Source of the DNA: Candidatus Heimdallarchaeota archaeon
GTDB lineage: Archaea > Asgardarchaeota > Heimdallarchaeia > Hodarchaeales > Hodarchaeaceae
Assembly: GCA_019057635.1 (NCBI GenBank)
Contig: DXJL01000025.1
Coordinates: forward strand, 1 to 37,801
DNA: 37,801 nt
Direction: 5' to 3'
The notes below the pieces were generated by a model that did no database searches, was not told the DNA's origin, and saw nothing but the letters and a program-made list of their open reading frames with translations. Position 1 is the first letter of the stretch. The number at the start of each line of letters is the position of its first letter. The translations under genes and the position numbers were made by a program. Shown here piece after piece: positions 18,373 to 27,104 of this stretch.

Positions 18373-19626
18373 TTAAAGCCCAAGAAATTTATCTAATGTC
18401 GACCTATTTAATAGCGGACTTTTTCGTTGATAATACTTCATCGGAATCGATAATCTTTTTGAAATGAAATGGATAGCCGTTTCTAGTGAGGAAAAGGACT
18501 TTGGTTCATTAGTGAGCGCTTTGCGCATATTTTCACGGACTTGCCATACTCCTAGGGGTATGGCATATCCATCACCCACTTCCCGAAAAGCTAGCACTGC
18601 GGCTTTACGACGCATTTGTATAAGCTTCTCCTGTACTGCTAACCTTGCTGCATAGTAACCTCCTACTGTATTAGACGCATAAGACGTTCGTCCTTTTGGT
18701 CCCTCTATATCGGTCAAAATAGTTGGTTTTTTTCCCTCTAGATTCCAGGCGCTTTTCTGTTTCCACGCTTCGTGGTAATTAAAAAACCAGTCGTGTTTTG
18801 GTATAAATAGAATCCAAAAATCATTATCTAGATAGCTATTGTGATAAACAAGGACAGAAGATACCTGGGAGAAATCATGTATTTGTTCTCTGAGTTGATT
18901 CCCAATAATATCATCAACCGCGGTGATACTCCAACGTGTTGGCACAAAACGTCGGTTTTTTTTCAGCCCAAGTAAACCAGATGAAAACAGTTTAGTGATT
19001 TGAGTTACAGTATGTTTTCCTCTATACAATTGTGATATAGCATCATTAGAATACATATCTGTATCGGATACTATTTTATCAGTGTTATAAGCAATTTTGG
19101 GTGTGGAAGTAATCTGAACTGACGAGATTTGGACATGAGCACCCATAGGCTGATTAAATCGACTAAAACTCATCCCAATTTTCGGACGTTTGTCAAATTT
19201 TATTTCCAAATCTACAGGGATTGAAGATTGTACCTGATCTTGTGTGATTTCAATAATCCGTGTAGGATTAGAGGCACTTTTTACCTCTATCGGGGGGGCT
19301 ATGAATCGTAGAAGTTGAGCACGAAAACCAACAATATCTGCCATTGACATATTTGTTTTCCAATGATCAGGTTCATCTACTATTTCAACCACATCGGATC
19401 CAAGAGTAGCCATGGGACCTACCCTTACTTTAGGATAACCATATCTACCAACAAATATGCTAGGGGGGCTAGGGCCATAATAATCATTTTTTAATTTAGG
19501 GATAGCCTTTCTCAAAGGAATAAGGGCCTGTGATCGTAAAACAATGGGGCAGAATGTCAGACCACATAACATCTTCCCTCCTTTACATCGTAAACATTCC
19601 TCTTGAGTTGCAGGGACAGATACCAT
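18373..19626 (-). CDS. nreA: Nre-family DNA repair protein with C-terminal PIP box
   Basis: N-terminal CLRCKGGKMLCGLTFCP, SPPSIFVGRYGYPKV, VPTRWSITAVDD, GGYYAARL, PLGVWQVRE; C-terminal RSTLDKF. ATG at 19626 preferred. Confidence 0.92.
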   Translation of the reverse strand: MVSVPATQEECLRCKGGKMLCGLTFCPIVLRSQALIPLRKAIPKLKNDYYGPSPPSIFVGRYGYPKVRVGPMATLGSDVVEIVDEPDHWKTNMSMADIVGFRAQLLRFIAPPIEVKSASNPTRIIEITQDQVQSSIPVDLEIKFDKRPKIGMSFSRFNQPMGAHVQISSVQITSTPKIAYNTDKIVSDTDMYSNDAISQLYRGKHTVTQITKLFSSGLLGLKKNRRFVPTRWSITAVDDIIGNQLREQIHDFSQVSSVLVYHNSYLDNDFWILFIPKHDWFFNYHEAWKQKSAWNLEGKKPTILTDIEGPKGRTSYASNTVGGYYAARLAVQEKLIQMRRKAAVLAFREVGDGYAIPLGVWQVRENMRKALTNEPKSFSSLETAIHFISKRLSIPMKYYQRKSPLLNRSTLDKFLGL

Positions 19627-19688
19627 AATATGTCGCCTGTTAATCCATAAGAATTCTTTTGACCTTGTGATTTTAATCATTATATTTA

Positions 19689-21068
19689 CTAAAACAATAC
19701 TTGTTGAAGAGGAGTTGATGACTTAATAACTTTAATGTCTTGAAAATTACCTCGTTCTCCTAATTTCAAGGCCCCGTATTTTCCGTCATACCCGTATGGA
19801 TAGAAGGTAAAATTTCCTTTCTTTACGTGTTTGAGGGCATTTAAAATCGTCTCATCAATTTGGCCCGACAATTTTGCTTCCATTTCATCTAAAGTCATTT
19901 TCCATAATATGCTTTCTGGACCAATGATTGAATTAATGTGTTGATAATCCCTGATTAACGATTTTGCTGTTTTGGTTTTTACGTTTCTTGCCTTGGAGAG
20001 AATATCTATTAGTGGTACCATACGAATAAACTTTTGTTTAGGATTGATATCATTAAGATTTCTTTGACCACCTTGTGCTTTACTGATTTCCATGCACCTT
20101 TGAAAAACACCAATTGTGAGTGATTTATGACAGATAGGACAAATATCATTTTTGGGAACATATTGAGGTGAGAAATAACAATATTGAGAGTCATCATGAA
20201 GTCCGGGCTTCTTTCTTCCACTTCGATGGCCTGTTAAAAAGAATCTCCCTTCTTCTGGAGGAAATTCAACGGTATAATCTACTTTATTATTCCGTAAACA
20301 TTTAATTATTTGTGAATAAGTTATTTTTGAAACGTTTAGTACAGTAAATTCTCGTCCCATACGATGTAAAGCGCTTGAATGAGCATCAGAATTTGATATG
20401 AGTGTTTTATTGTCAAGTTCTGGAATTAGTCCTAAAAATTGAGGATCAGCAGACAGTCCAGTTTCCACTATCTTTATTCGACTAGAAGCAGTACCAAAAA
20501 AATCAGAAAGGCGTGTCAATTTTATATTTGAGCCAAAAACACCTTGTGGGGTCATTATATGGGCTGGAATAAATTCAATTAACGGGTCAATTTCGAGAAT
20601 CTGAAAAATCCTGTGAGAGACCTGAACTTTTGATTCGCACTTAACATAAGGTCTGGCCATTTTTTCGTGTTTAACACCCCACCTGTTTAATAAATCCCTG
20701 AATGAGTCAACAGTAGTAAAATTTGGGAATAAAAACACAATATGAACTATTTTTGAATGTTTTTGAACAGGTAGAGTGAATATTATTTCAGTTTGAAGAA
20801 TGAAACGTGTATTAAAATTCCCTTCAAGATAAAAAATCCCAGGTGAATCTTCGATAACAACTTCTTTTAGAATCTCGGTCCAAATGGTGAATTGACAATC
20901 TCCTGTTCCTATTAAATCGATTCCTTTCAAAGGCATGGTTTCATTAGTTTTAATTAAATGATTAACAGCCTTTTTCTTATTTTCTGAATACTTTTCGGGA
21001 GTTAATTTTAACGCTTGAGTTCCACCTGCAAATACAGAATGAGCATGCAAGTCGGCTGTAAGTTCCAT
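19689..21068 (-). CDS. PHP-domain endonuclease Q (EndoQ)-family protein
   Basis: ADLHAHS, GTGD, PAHIMTP, ETGLSAD, SNSDAHS, GREF, CPICHKSLTIGV and GYDGKYG motifs. Confidence 0.88.
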   Translation of the reverse strand: MELTADLHAHSVFAGGTQALKLTPEKYSENKKKAVNHLIKTNETMPLKGIDLIGTGDCQFTIWTEILKEVVIEDSPGIFYLEGNFNTRFILQTEIIFTLPVQKHSKIVHIVFLFPNFTTVDSFRDLLNRWGVKHEKMARPYVKCESKVQVSHRIFQILEIDPLIEFIPAHIMTPQGVFGSNIKLTRLSDFFGTASSRIKIVETGLSADPQFLGLIPELDNKTLISNSDAHSSALHRMGREFTVLNVSKITYSQIIKCLRNNKVDYTVEFPPEEGRFFLTGHRSGRKKPGLHDDSQYCYFSPQYVPKNDICPICHKSLTIGVFQRCMEISKAQGGQRNLNDINPKQKFIRMVPLIDILSKARNVKTKTAKSLIRDYQHINSIIGPESILWKMTLDEMEAKLSGQIDETILNALKHVKKGNFTFYPYGYDGKYGALKLGERGNFQDIKVIKSSTPLQQVLF

Positions 21069-21070
21069 GA

Positions 21071-22387
21071 CTATTCACTCACAGGTTTCAACCGTAATTC
21101 ATTATTTGGTGGGCCAGATTCTATTTTGTGTTCCAATATTTGATCCCCAACAAGCTTCAATAACCCAACACCACGGATTGAGTCACCTACCATAAATAAT
21201 GCTGTTTCATTTGAACTACTTACCGCCCATTTTAATACAATCGAATTGAATCCATGTTGAGAAAGTACTAGTTCGATAAGAGAGGTACGAAACAAGCGTT
21301 CACATATCTCATGTATAACCGAAAATATCGTACAGACAAAGGCGTGTTTTTTGCCTGCATTGATGTCACTCAGTCGTAACGATTCAATCTTCGACAAATC
21401 ACAGGCACACCTCAATAATGAAGCATTTGATATAATTGGCGAAAAATTTCTTAAAATATCATAGCTTAGGTTGAGGAACAGATTGTTCTCGATATCACCT
21501 GATTTATCCTCATAATGAGTGACAAATGTTGACATGTGTAAGGTCGTTCTGGGGGAACCTTGAATATCTAGATCCCACAATATTTCACGAAAGCTTCGAA
21601 ACAAACTTCCAAGCCGTCCTTTTCCTGAACTGAACGCTAAAATAAAATTGTTTTCAATGGCAATCAAGTAAAATTGTTGCTTACTTTGGGTTTTCCCATG
21701 AATTTCGATAGGAAGTGCATCAAAGAATGTTCCATACTTTTTAAGTTCCTCACCATAATTCTTCAAAAGATATGGTATTTTGTCCACGAGAGAGATTATT
21801 TCTGGTGTGAGAACTATGTTATGTATGGCTCTAATCGTTCCATCTGAAACAATAACTGTTTCTTTGTCTGTACAAATGGCACTAATTCTATCCTGAACAA
21901 TGTTGTCAATTCTCGTAAGTAGTATTTTCTTTATGTTTGTAAATACATCATTTAAGTTGAATTTGCTTTCATTTTCTTCAGTATTAATCTGAATATCATG
22001 AATTGCATTTTGGAGAATATTTGTAAACGCATAAGAGTGCTGTAACAACTTATCCTGATGTGACCGAGGAATAAATAACATGAAGCTCTCAATTCTATTT
22101 TTTCCACGAACTGAGGGATCATCAATTGAAAATGAATGTATAAGTACTCTACCCTGTATTCCAGTTACATTAATAGGAATAATGGCCGTATCAGGTTCTC
22201 CTGTAGGTTCTCCTACTCCAACGGCCATTGTGAAGAGAGTTGTGGTTACTCCTTGAAGGATTATCTTGGGGATCTCAATATTATCAGCCTTGAATGATTT
22301 GAGTAATGGACCATGTTCCTCATCGAAGATAATATGTGCAAGAAAGAATTGTACATTGGAAGCTGTTGATTCTTGCAGATCCTTCAT
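21071..22387 (-). CDS. uDENN/longin-like N-terminal domain protein with degenerate roadblock-like C-terminal region
   Basis: FLAHIIFDEEHGPLL (FD-x3-GP) and FSIDDPSVRGKNR (folliculin/DENN-like RG-x2-R); two G-x-G-x-L motifs in the C-terminal half. Confidence 0.6.
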   Translation of the reverse strand: MKDLQESTASNVQFFLAHIIFDEEHGPLLKSFKADNIEIPKIILQGVTTTLFTMAVGVGEPTGEPDTAIIPINVTGIQGRVLIHSFSIDDPSVRGKNRIESFMLFIPRSHQDKLLQHSYAFTNILQNAIHDIQINTEENESKFNLNDVFTNIKKILLTRIDNIVQDRISAICTDKETVIVSDGTIRAIHNIVLTPEIISLVDKIPYLLKNYGEELKKYGTFFDALPIEIHGKTQSKQQFYLIAIENNFILAFSSGKGRLGSLFRSFREILWDLDIQGSPRTTLHMSTFVTHYEDKSGDIENNLFLNLSYDILRNFSPIISNASLLRCACDLSKIESLRLSDINAGKKHAFVCTIFSVIHEICERLFRTSLIELVLSQHGFNSIVLKWAVSSSNETALFMVGDSIRGVGLLKLVGDQILEHKIESGPPNNELRLKPVSE

Positions 22388-22437
22388 GATTTTTTAACTC
22401 ACATTATCAGACTAAAGAATTTTTAATCTACACAGTT

Positions 22438-22743
22438 TTAACTATCTTTCTGGCTTATTTTCTCTATGATGTCAGCCCATTCCTCTTCTTTTTTAGATTT
22501 CTTAGGTTTTTTTAAAATATCTTTTACACCAAGAATATCTAATGCCCATTGTCGATCATTTTCTCTCTTTCGTTTTTTCTTTTTTTGACGATATTCGGCA
22601 GCGTCTATCCATGTCTTCAATGCTGCTTCTTGTATTCCACATTCAGTGCATACATATATTTTTTCTTCTGGATTCCAGTATAAAGTTCCTTTAGTACAAT
22701 TTCGACAAGGAATGCGTGAATCACGTACAGTAGGTCTGGACAA
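22438..22743 (-). CDS. Zn-ribbon protein with basic helical tail
   Basis: CRNC...CTECG followed by Lys/Arg-rich helices. Confidence 0.75.
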   Translation of the reverse strand: MSRPTVRDSRIPCRNCTKGTLYWNPEEKIYVCTECGIQEAALKTWIDAAEYRQKKKKRKRENDRQWALDILGVKDILKKPKKSKKEEEWADIIEKISQKDS

Positions 22744-22749
22744 TGATCG

Positions 22750-23241
22750 TCAATCCTCTATTGATAGAACTTCATCAATCTCTCCCTTTGAAATTGTATA
22801 GCCCGAGATTTCAGTTTTTAATAACTTCAATTTAGGCGTTTGACTTAAGATCTGATATATCATATCTACTCCAGGCCCCAATATTAATTTCAATAACTCA
22901 AGATCTACATAGGGGTCTGTTAAGACCCCTATAAAGGCAATATCCCCTACTGCACTTAGGACTAGTTTATTGTCTTTACTTTCTGAAGTGAATGAAATCC
23001 AAGGGGAGCTACCAATCTCATGACCAATATCAACCATATTTGATTGTATTCCAGCCACTAATGAACATAAAATTATACTACTTTCTTTTCCTAAAGTTCC
23101 TGCTAAATTAACTTCTTCGATTAGTAGCCCATCACTATCTACACAAAACCCAGAGTATATTCCATCAATTGAGTTTACTATATCAGTTAACACACCTTTG
23201 ATGGTTTTGGTGTGTTTTATATCGCCATTCGTTAAAGACAC
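22750..23241 (-). CDS. Roadblock/LC7 (MglB-like) domain protein
   Basis: IDGIYSGFCVDSDGLLI...DLELLKL pattern; GTG start. Confidence 0.8.
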   Translation of the reverse strand: MSLTNGDIKHTKTIKGVLTDIVNSIDGIYSGFCVDSDGLLIEEVNLAGTLGKESSIILCSLVAGIQSNMVDIGHEIGSSPWISFTSESKDNKLVLSAVGDIAFIGVLTDPYVDLELLKLILGPGVDMIYQILSQTPKLKLLKTEISGYTISKGEIDEVLSIED

Positions 23242-23326
23242 AAGTAATTCGCCTTGTTCAATTGTGTGACTTATTAAACTGATCTTTCTTTAATATTTCT
23301 AGTTATGCACTAAATATGTAGAATGT

Positions 23327-23341
23327 AAAGAGATTTAAAAT
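23327..23341 (+). promoter_or_regulatory. BRE/TATA promoter of the SRP RNA
   Basis: Purine-rich AAAGAGA followed by TTTAAAAT, about 25 nt upstream of the predicted 5' end. Confidence 0.6.
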
Positions 23342-23362
23342 AATCCACTTGTAAACCATAAA

Positions 23363-23665
23363 TGGAGTGGTAGGCGGCTGATCTAGCGGCTCAGCTGAAT
23401 CGTAACGCTATATGACGAGCTAACTCCAAATCGAGGAGCTGAAACTTAGTGAGGTTTCTCAGTTATTGTAATGAGAGATCCTCCTTCATGGTGGCTTCTA
23501 GTGGAGATTCTTCTGGAGAGAAGAATAAGAAAACAAGGTCAAAACGGGATAGGCTTGGGAAAGAGCATCTCTAAGACCGAGAAGTTACGCTTGAAGGGCC
23601 GGGGTCTTGAACACGATTGAGTTCGGCCGAGCGAAAGTGGATGTTTCGAAGTTTGGTCCACTCCA
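23363..23665 (+). ncRNA. ffs: Signal recognition particle (7S/SRP) RNA
   Basis: About 303 nt, GC-richer than its flanks. Terminal pairing TGGAGTGG/CCACTCCA (helix 1); helix 6 ATTCTTCT-GGAG-AGAAGAAT; helix 8 GGGAT-AGG-CTT-GGGA-AAG-AGCA-TCTC with the SRP54-binding symmetric loop; Alu-like CGTAAC. Confidence 0.9.
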
Positions 23666-24050
23666 CTACTTTCTGTTAACGAAGTCCTTAATCTAAATTA
23701 CTATATCAATCAAAAACAAAATCGATCATCTCACTTTTTGCTATTAACTATAGCTTTGAAATGAACTAGTTAATCATAGCACATCCTGATAGTGAATTTA
23801 ATAAATTTATGGATCGACCACTGTCAATACAATAGTTAGAAATTATTCAAGATTTATCTATGATTGAGGATTATCTAGTTTCATCAATTAATTGATCTAC
23901 ATCAAATTTCATAGGAGAAAAATATTTCTATTTTTCGGAGAAAGGTTTTTAAACATCAACGACAACAATATCAACAGAAACAAAAACAACAACAAAGCAA
24001 TTATAACCCCTAAAAACGAAAAAAAACCAAGAAAAAGAGTGAAATAAACC

Positions 24051-24323
24051 TTGATGCAAGTTCAAGAAATAAATGAAGGAGTAAACACTGAAATTTTACC
24101 GATTAATGCTTATTCGGTTCCAACCAGTGCAAAAATGATCTTTGAAATCCTAAACCGAGATGGACCCCTTACATCTGGGGATATTGAAAAAAAATGTAGT
24201 TATTCTGACCGAACGGTCAGGAATGCGCTTAAAAAACTGATAAATATCGGTCTCGTTCGCAAAGTAGCTAACTTTACAGACATGAGAACATCTCTTTTTC
24301 ATGTTCAGGGAAGCGCTAATTAA
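24051..24323 (+). CDS. Small winged-HTH transcriptional regulator (MarR/ArsR-like)
   Basis: PTSAKMIFEILNRDGPLT...YSDRTVRNALKKLINIGLV...DMR pattern. Confidence 0.85.
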   Translation: MMQVQEINEGVNTEILPINAYSVPTSAKMIFEILNRDGPLTSGDIEKKCSYSDRTVRNALKKLINIGLVRKVANFTDMRTSLFHVQGSAN

Positions 24324-24331
24324 TACTTTCT

Positions 24332-24964
24332 TCAACCTTTTTTTTCCACAGTTTTAAGAAAAACATCACCAAAGTGATTTAGAAGTGTTTGCCAGACCCA
24401 ATGTACGGGCAAACCTACAACATTATAATAATCTCCTCTTATTTCCGTTATTAACAAACTACCAAGTCCTTGAATTGCATACGCCCCAGCTTTCCCAATC
24501 CACTCGTTATGATTTAAATAAAACTCAATTTCATTACTAGAGAGATGACGAAATTCAACTTCAGTAGAAATTACCTGTTTATATATTTCTTGTAAGGGAT
24601 AAACAACAATGGTACAACCAGTAAGTACTTGATGACAATTGCCTGATAGGGATTTAAGCATCTGTTTAGCATGCCTCCTATCCTTAGGCTTACCAATTAT
24701 CTGTTTCAATGGATCGATCACGATTGTATCGCAACCGAGAACAATATACCTTCTATACTCGGATTTAATTCTCGAACCGACAGTTTTAGCTTTTTTGATT
24801 GAAAGCTCTGTCACATAAGATTCTGGAGTTTTTACAGATACCATTTCATCGATTTGACTTGGAATGATTAGATATTCTAAGTTAATTTGAGAGAGGACAC
24901 GAGCTCGTGCAGGTGAATTACTTGCAAGGATAAATTGGGGGAATGATTCAGTCATAGAAATCAA
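24332..24964 (-). CDS. maf: Maf-family nucleoside triphosphate pyrophosphatase
   Basis: ILASNSPAR, DE, KA, GCDTIV, GKP, GKAGAYAIQG and GDYYNVVGLP motifs. Confidence 0.93.
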   Translation of the reverse strand: MISMTESFPQFILASNSPARARVLSQINLEYLIIPSQIDEMVSVKTPESYVTELSIKKAKTVGSRIKSEYRRYIVLGCDTIVIDPLKQIIGKPKDRRHAKQMLKSLSGNCHQVLTGCTIVVYPLQEIYKQVISTEVEFRHLSSNEIEFYLNHNEWIGKAGAYAIQGLGSLLITEIRGDYYNVVGLPVHWVWQTLLNHFGDVFLKTVEKKG

Positions 24965-25117
24965 TTAGCTATGAATAGTAAAAAACTCATAAGTAAATCC
25001 TCCAAATTTGTATGCAATTCTTTTTATAATCCCTTTGTTAGATTTTTCTTGTCATTCACAAAACGAACATAAATTTTTTAATTAATTCTATTATTACTTG
25101 CATAGGAAAGATATTTC

Positions 25118-26506
25118 ATGCCTCACGCAAATGACACACTTCCACCACCTCCTTTTAAGATTAAAATGATTGAACCGATTCAATTGACTACTGTGGCAGA
25201 GCGAAAAGAATATTTGAAAGTCGCAGGATATAATATTTTCAATATTCCGGCCGAAAAAGTCTATATCGATTTATTAACTGATTCAGGAACCTCTGCGATG
25301 TCTGATTATCAATGGTCAGGATTAATGCTAGGGGATGAATCATATGCTCAATGCAGAAATTTTTTCAATCTAGAAACCGTAGTAAAAGATATTACTGGCT
25401 TTAAATTTGTCATTCCAACCCATCAGGGACGAAGTGCTGAAAATCTGGTATGTTACGCCCTTAATTTAGATAAAACAAAATCGGCAGTATCAAATCAATT
25501 TTTTGACACGACAAGAGCAAATATTGAATCTGTAGGAGCAAAAGCTCATGATTTGGTTATTCCAGAGGCATATAATACATTAATACATCATGATTTTAAA
25601 GGAAATATGGATACAGAAGCTTTAGAAAAACTTCTTACTCAAAAATCCAATATAGTAGTGATTATTGTTACTGTAACAAATAACACAGGAGGAGGACAAC
25701 CCGTTTCCTTAAAAAACATAGTAACCGTTTCAAAAATAGCTAAAAAATATGATATCCCTTTCTTCTTAGACGCAGCACGTTTTGCCGAGAATGCCTACTT
25801 TATCAAATTACGGGAAAAGGAGTATTCAGATCTTACTCCAAAGGAAATTGCGCAGAAAATGTTTTCTTACACAGATGGTTGTATGATGAGCGCAAAAAAA
25901 GATGGTCTTGTAAACATTGGAGGCTTCATTGCTCTCAACAACGAAAAGACCTACACTCGTATAAAAGAGAGAATGGTTATTACCGAAGGATTTCCAACAT
26001 ATGGAGGCCTTGCTGGAAGAGATCTCGAGGCATTAGCCAGAGGGTTAACTGAAGTACTTTCTGAAGATTATTTGAAATATCGATATCAACAACTACAATA
26101 TTTAGGAAACAAGTTAGAAAAAGCAAATATTCCTATTTTGTTACCAGTCGGAGGACATTCTATCAATCTTGATGCCTTAAGATTTTTACCTCACATTCCT
26201 CAATCACTTTTTCCAGGTTGGGCTCTCACAATTGCCCTATATGAGAATTACGGGATAAGGTCTGTAGAACTAGGGTCCGTGATGTTTGCCTATCAAAAAG
26301 AGGATAATACTTGGGTATATCCGGAATTAGAATTAGTTAGATTAGCTATACCACGAAGAGTGTATTCAAGAGAACACCTCGATTATGTGTGTCATTCAAT
26401 TATTGAGCTTTACAAATTAAAAGAGCAAATTAAGGGTCTGAAAATGACTCACGATCCGGGTCTCTTACGTCACTTCAACGCAATCTTTGAACCAATTGCC
26501 AAGTAA
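25118..26506 (+). CDS. tnaA: Tryptophanase (beta-eliminating lyase, PLP-dependent)
   Basis: IDLLTDSGT, GDESYA, HQGR, DAARFAEN, MSAKKD (PLP Lys), RLAIPRRVY. C-terminal LRHF has the tryptophanase His rather than the LRFF of tyrosine phenol-lyase. Confidence 0.9.
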   Translation: MPHANDTLPPPPFKIKMIEPIQLTTVAERKEYLKVAGYNIFNIPAEKVYIDLLTDSGTSAMSDYQWSGLMLGDESYAQCRNFFNLETVVKDITGFKFVIPTHQGRSAENLVCYALNLDKTKSAVSNQFFDTTRANIESVGAKAHDLVIPEAYNTLIHHDFKGNMDTEALEKLLTQKSNIVVIIVTVTNNTGGGQPVSLKNIVTVSKIAKKYDIPFFLDAARFAENAYFIKLREKEYSDLTPKEIAQKMFSYTDGCMMSAKKDGLVNIGGFIALNNEKTYTRIKERMVITEGFPTYGGLAGRDLEALARGLTEVLSEDYLKYRYQQLQYLGNKLEKANIPILLPVGGHSINLDALRFLPHIPQSLFPGWALTIALYENYGIRSVELGSVMFAYQKEDNTWVYPELELVRLAIPRRVYSREHLDYVCHSIIELYKLKEQIKGLKMTHDPGLLRHFNAIFEPIAK

Positions 26507-26606
26507 AGGTCATTAAGGACGCTAAAGGAGGAGAAGGTATCTCCGAATTATAACCTAAGCGATCTTAATTATTCCTTCCCGAAATGTTGTATAAAATCCC
26601 TTTTAT

Positions 26607-26819
26607 TTACGCAATCAGTCTACGTGAAATGTAGTCAGTTAGTTTCTTATCTCGAGGAATACGGGTTACGAATGCATCCATACCGCACTCGTTACATTTG
26701 AGACGTAAGGTACTATGATTGACAATAGTATTAATACTATTTGTGTGGCACCAGGGACAAACCAATTCCATCTCGGCTTGATGGTGTAAATCTACATTTT
26801 CTTGAATTTCAATTGTCAT
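26607..26819 (-). CDS. Small Zn-ribbon protein
   Basis: CPWC-x17-CNECG; strong SD GGAGGT upstream. Confidence 0.8.
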   Translation of the reverse strand: MTIEIQENVDLHHQAEMELVCPWCHTNSINTIVNHSTLRLKCNECGMDAFVTRIPRDKKLTDYISRRLIA

Positions 26820-26846
26820 ACTTTTACCTCCATTTAGTGTTTGAGG

Positions 26847-26964
26847 GGAAAACTTCCAAAGCTGGACTTGTTTTCCGATATAGCTAGGCTATACCACACT
26901 GAAACTTTCGTTTCAGGATACTTTCCTTGAAGCAACCCATGTGAAATGGAATCCTATCAAGGAA
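26847..26964 (-). promoter_or_regulatory. Structured 5' leader (four hairpins); candidate cis-regulatory RNA
   Basis: Four adjacent inverted repeats, one closed by a GAAA tetraloop on the minus strand, lying between a TTTTTATA box (~26988-26995) and the SD of the Zn-ribbon gene. Confidence 0.6.
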
Positions 26965-27104
26965 TTGATTATTCATTTTTCGAGTATAAAAATATTGTTG
27001 TAATTTTGTAATATATTACTAACAGAACATTTGTTGGTGAAAAAAACCACTACGAGATCAGTAAGTTTATCTAGTTACAAGCAAGTTTTGGTAATTGATC
27101 GTGG

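Noticed and set aside
23363-23665. RNase P RNA or a tRNA/rRNA fragment
   Set aside because: It lacks the RNase P GAGGAAAGUCC motif and any cloverleaf; helices 6 and 8 match SRP RNA.
26847-27104. FMN riboswitch upstream of the ribD-like gene, or a hammerhead ribozyme
   Set aside because: No RFN consensus blocks and no CUGANGA core; the GAAA tetraloop favours the opposite strand.
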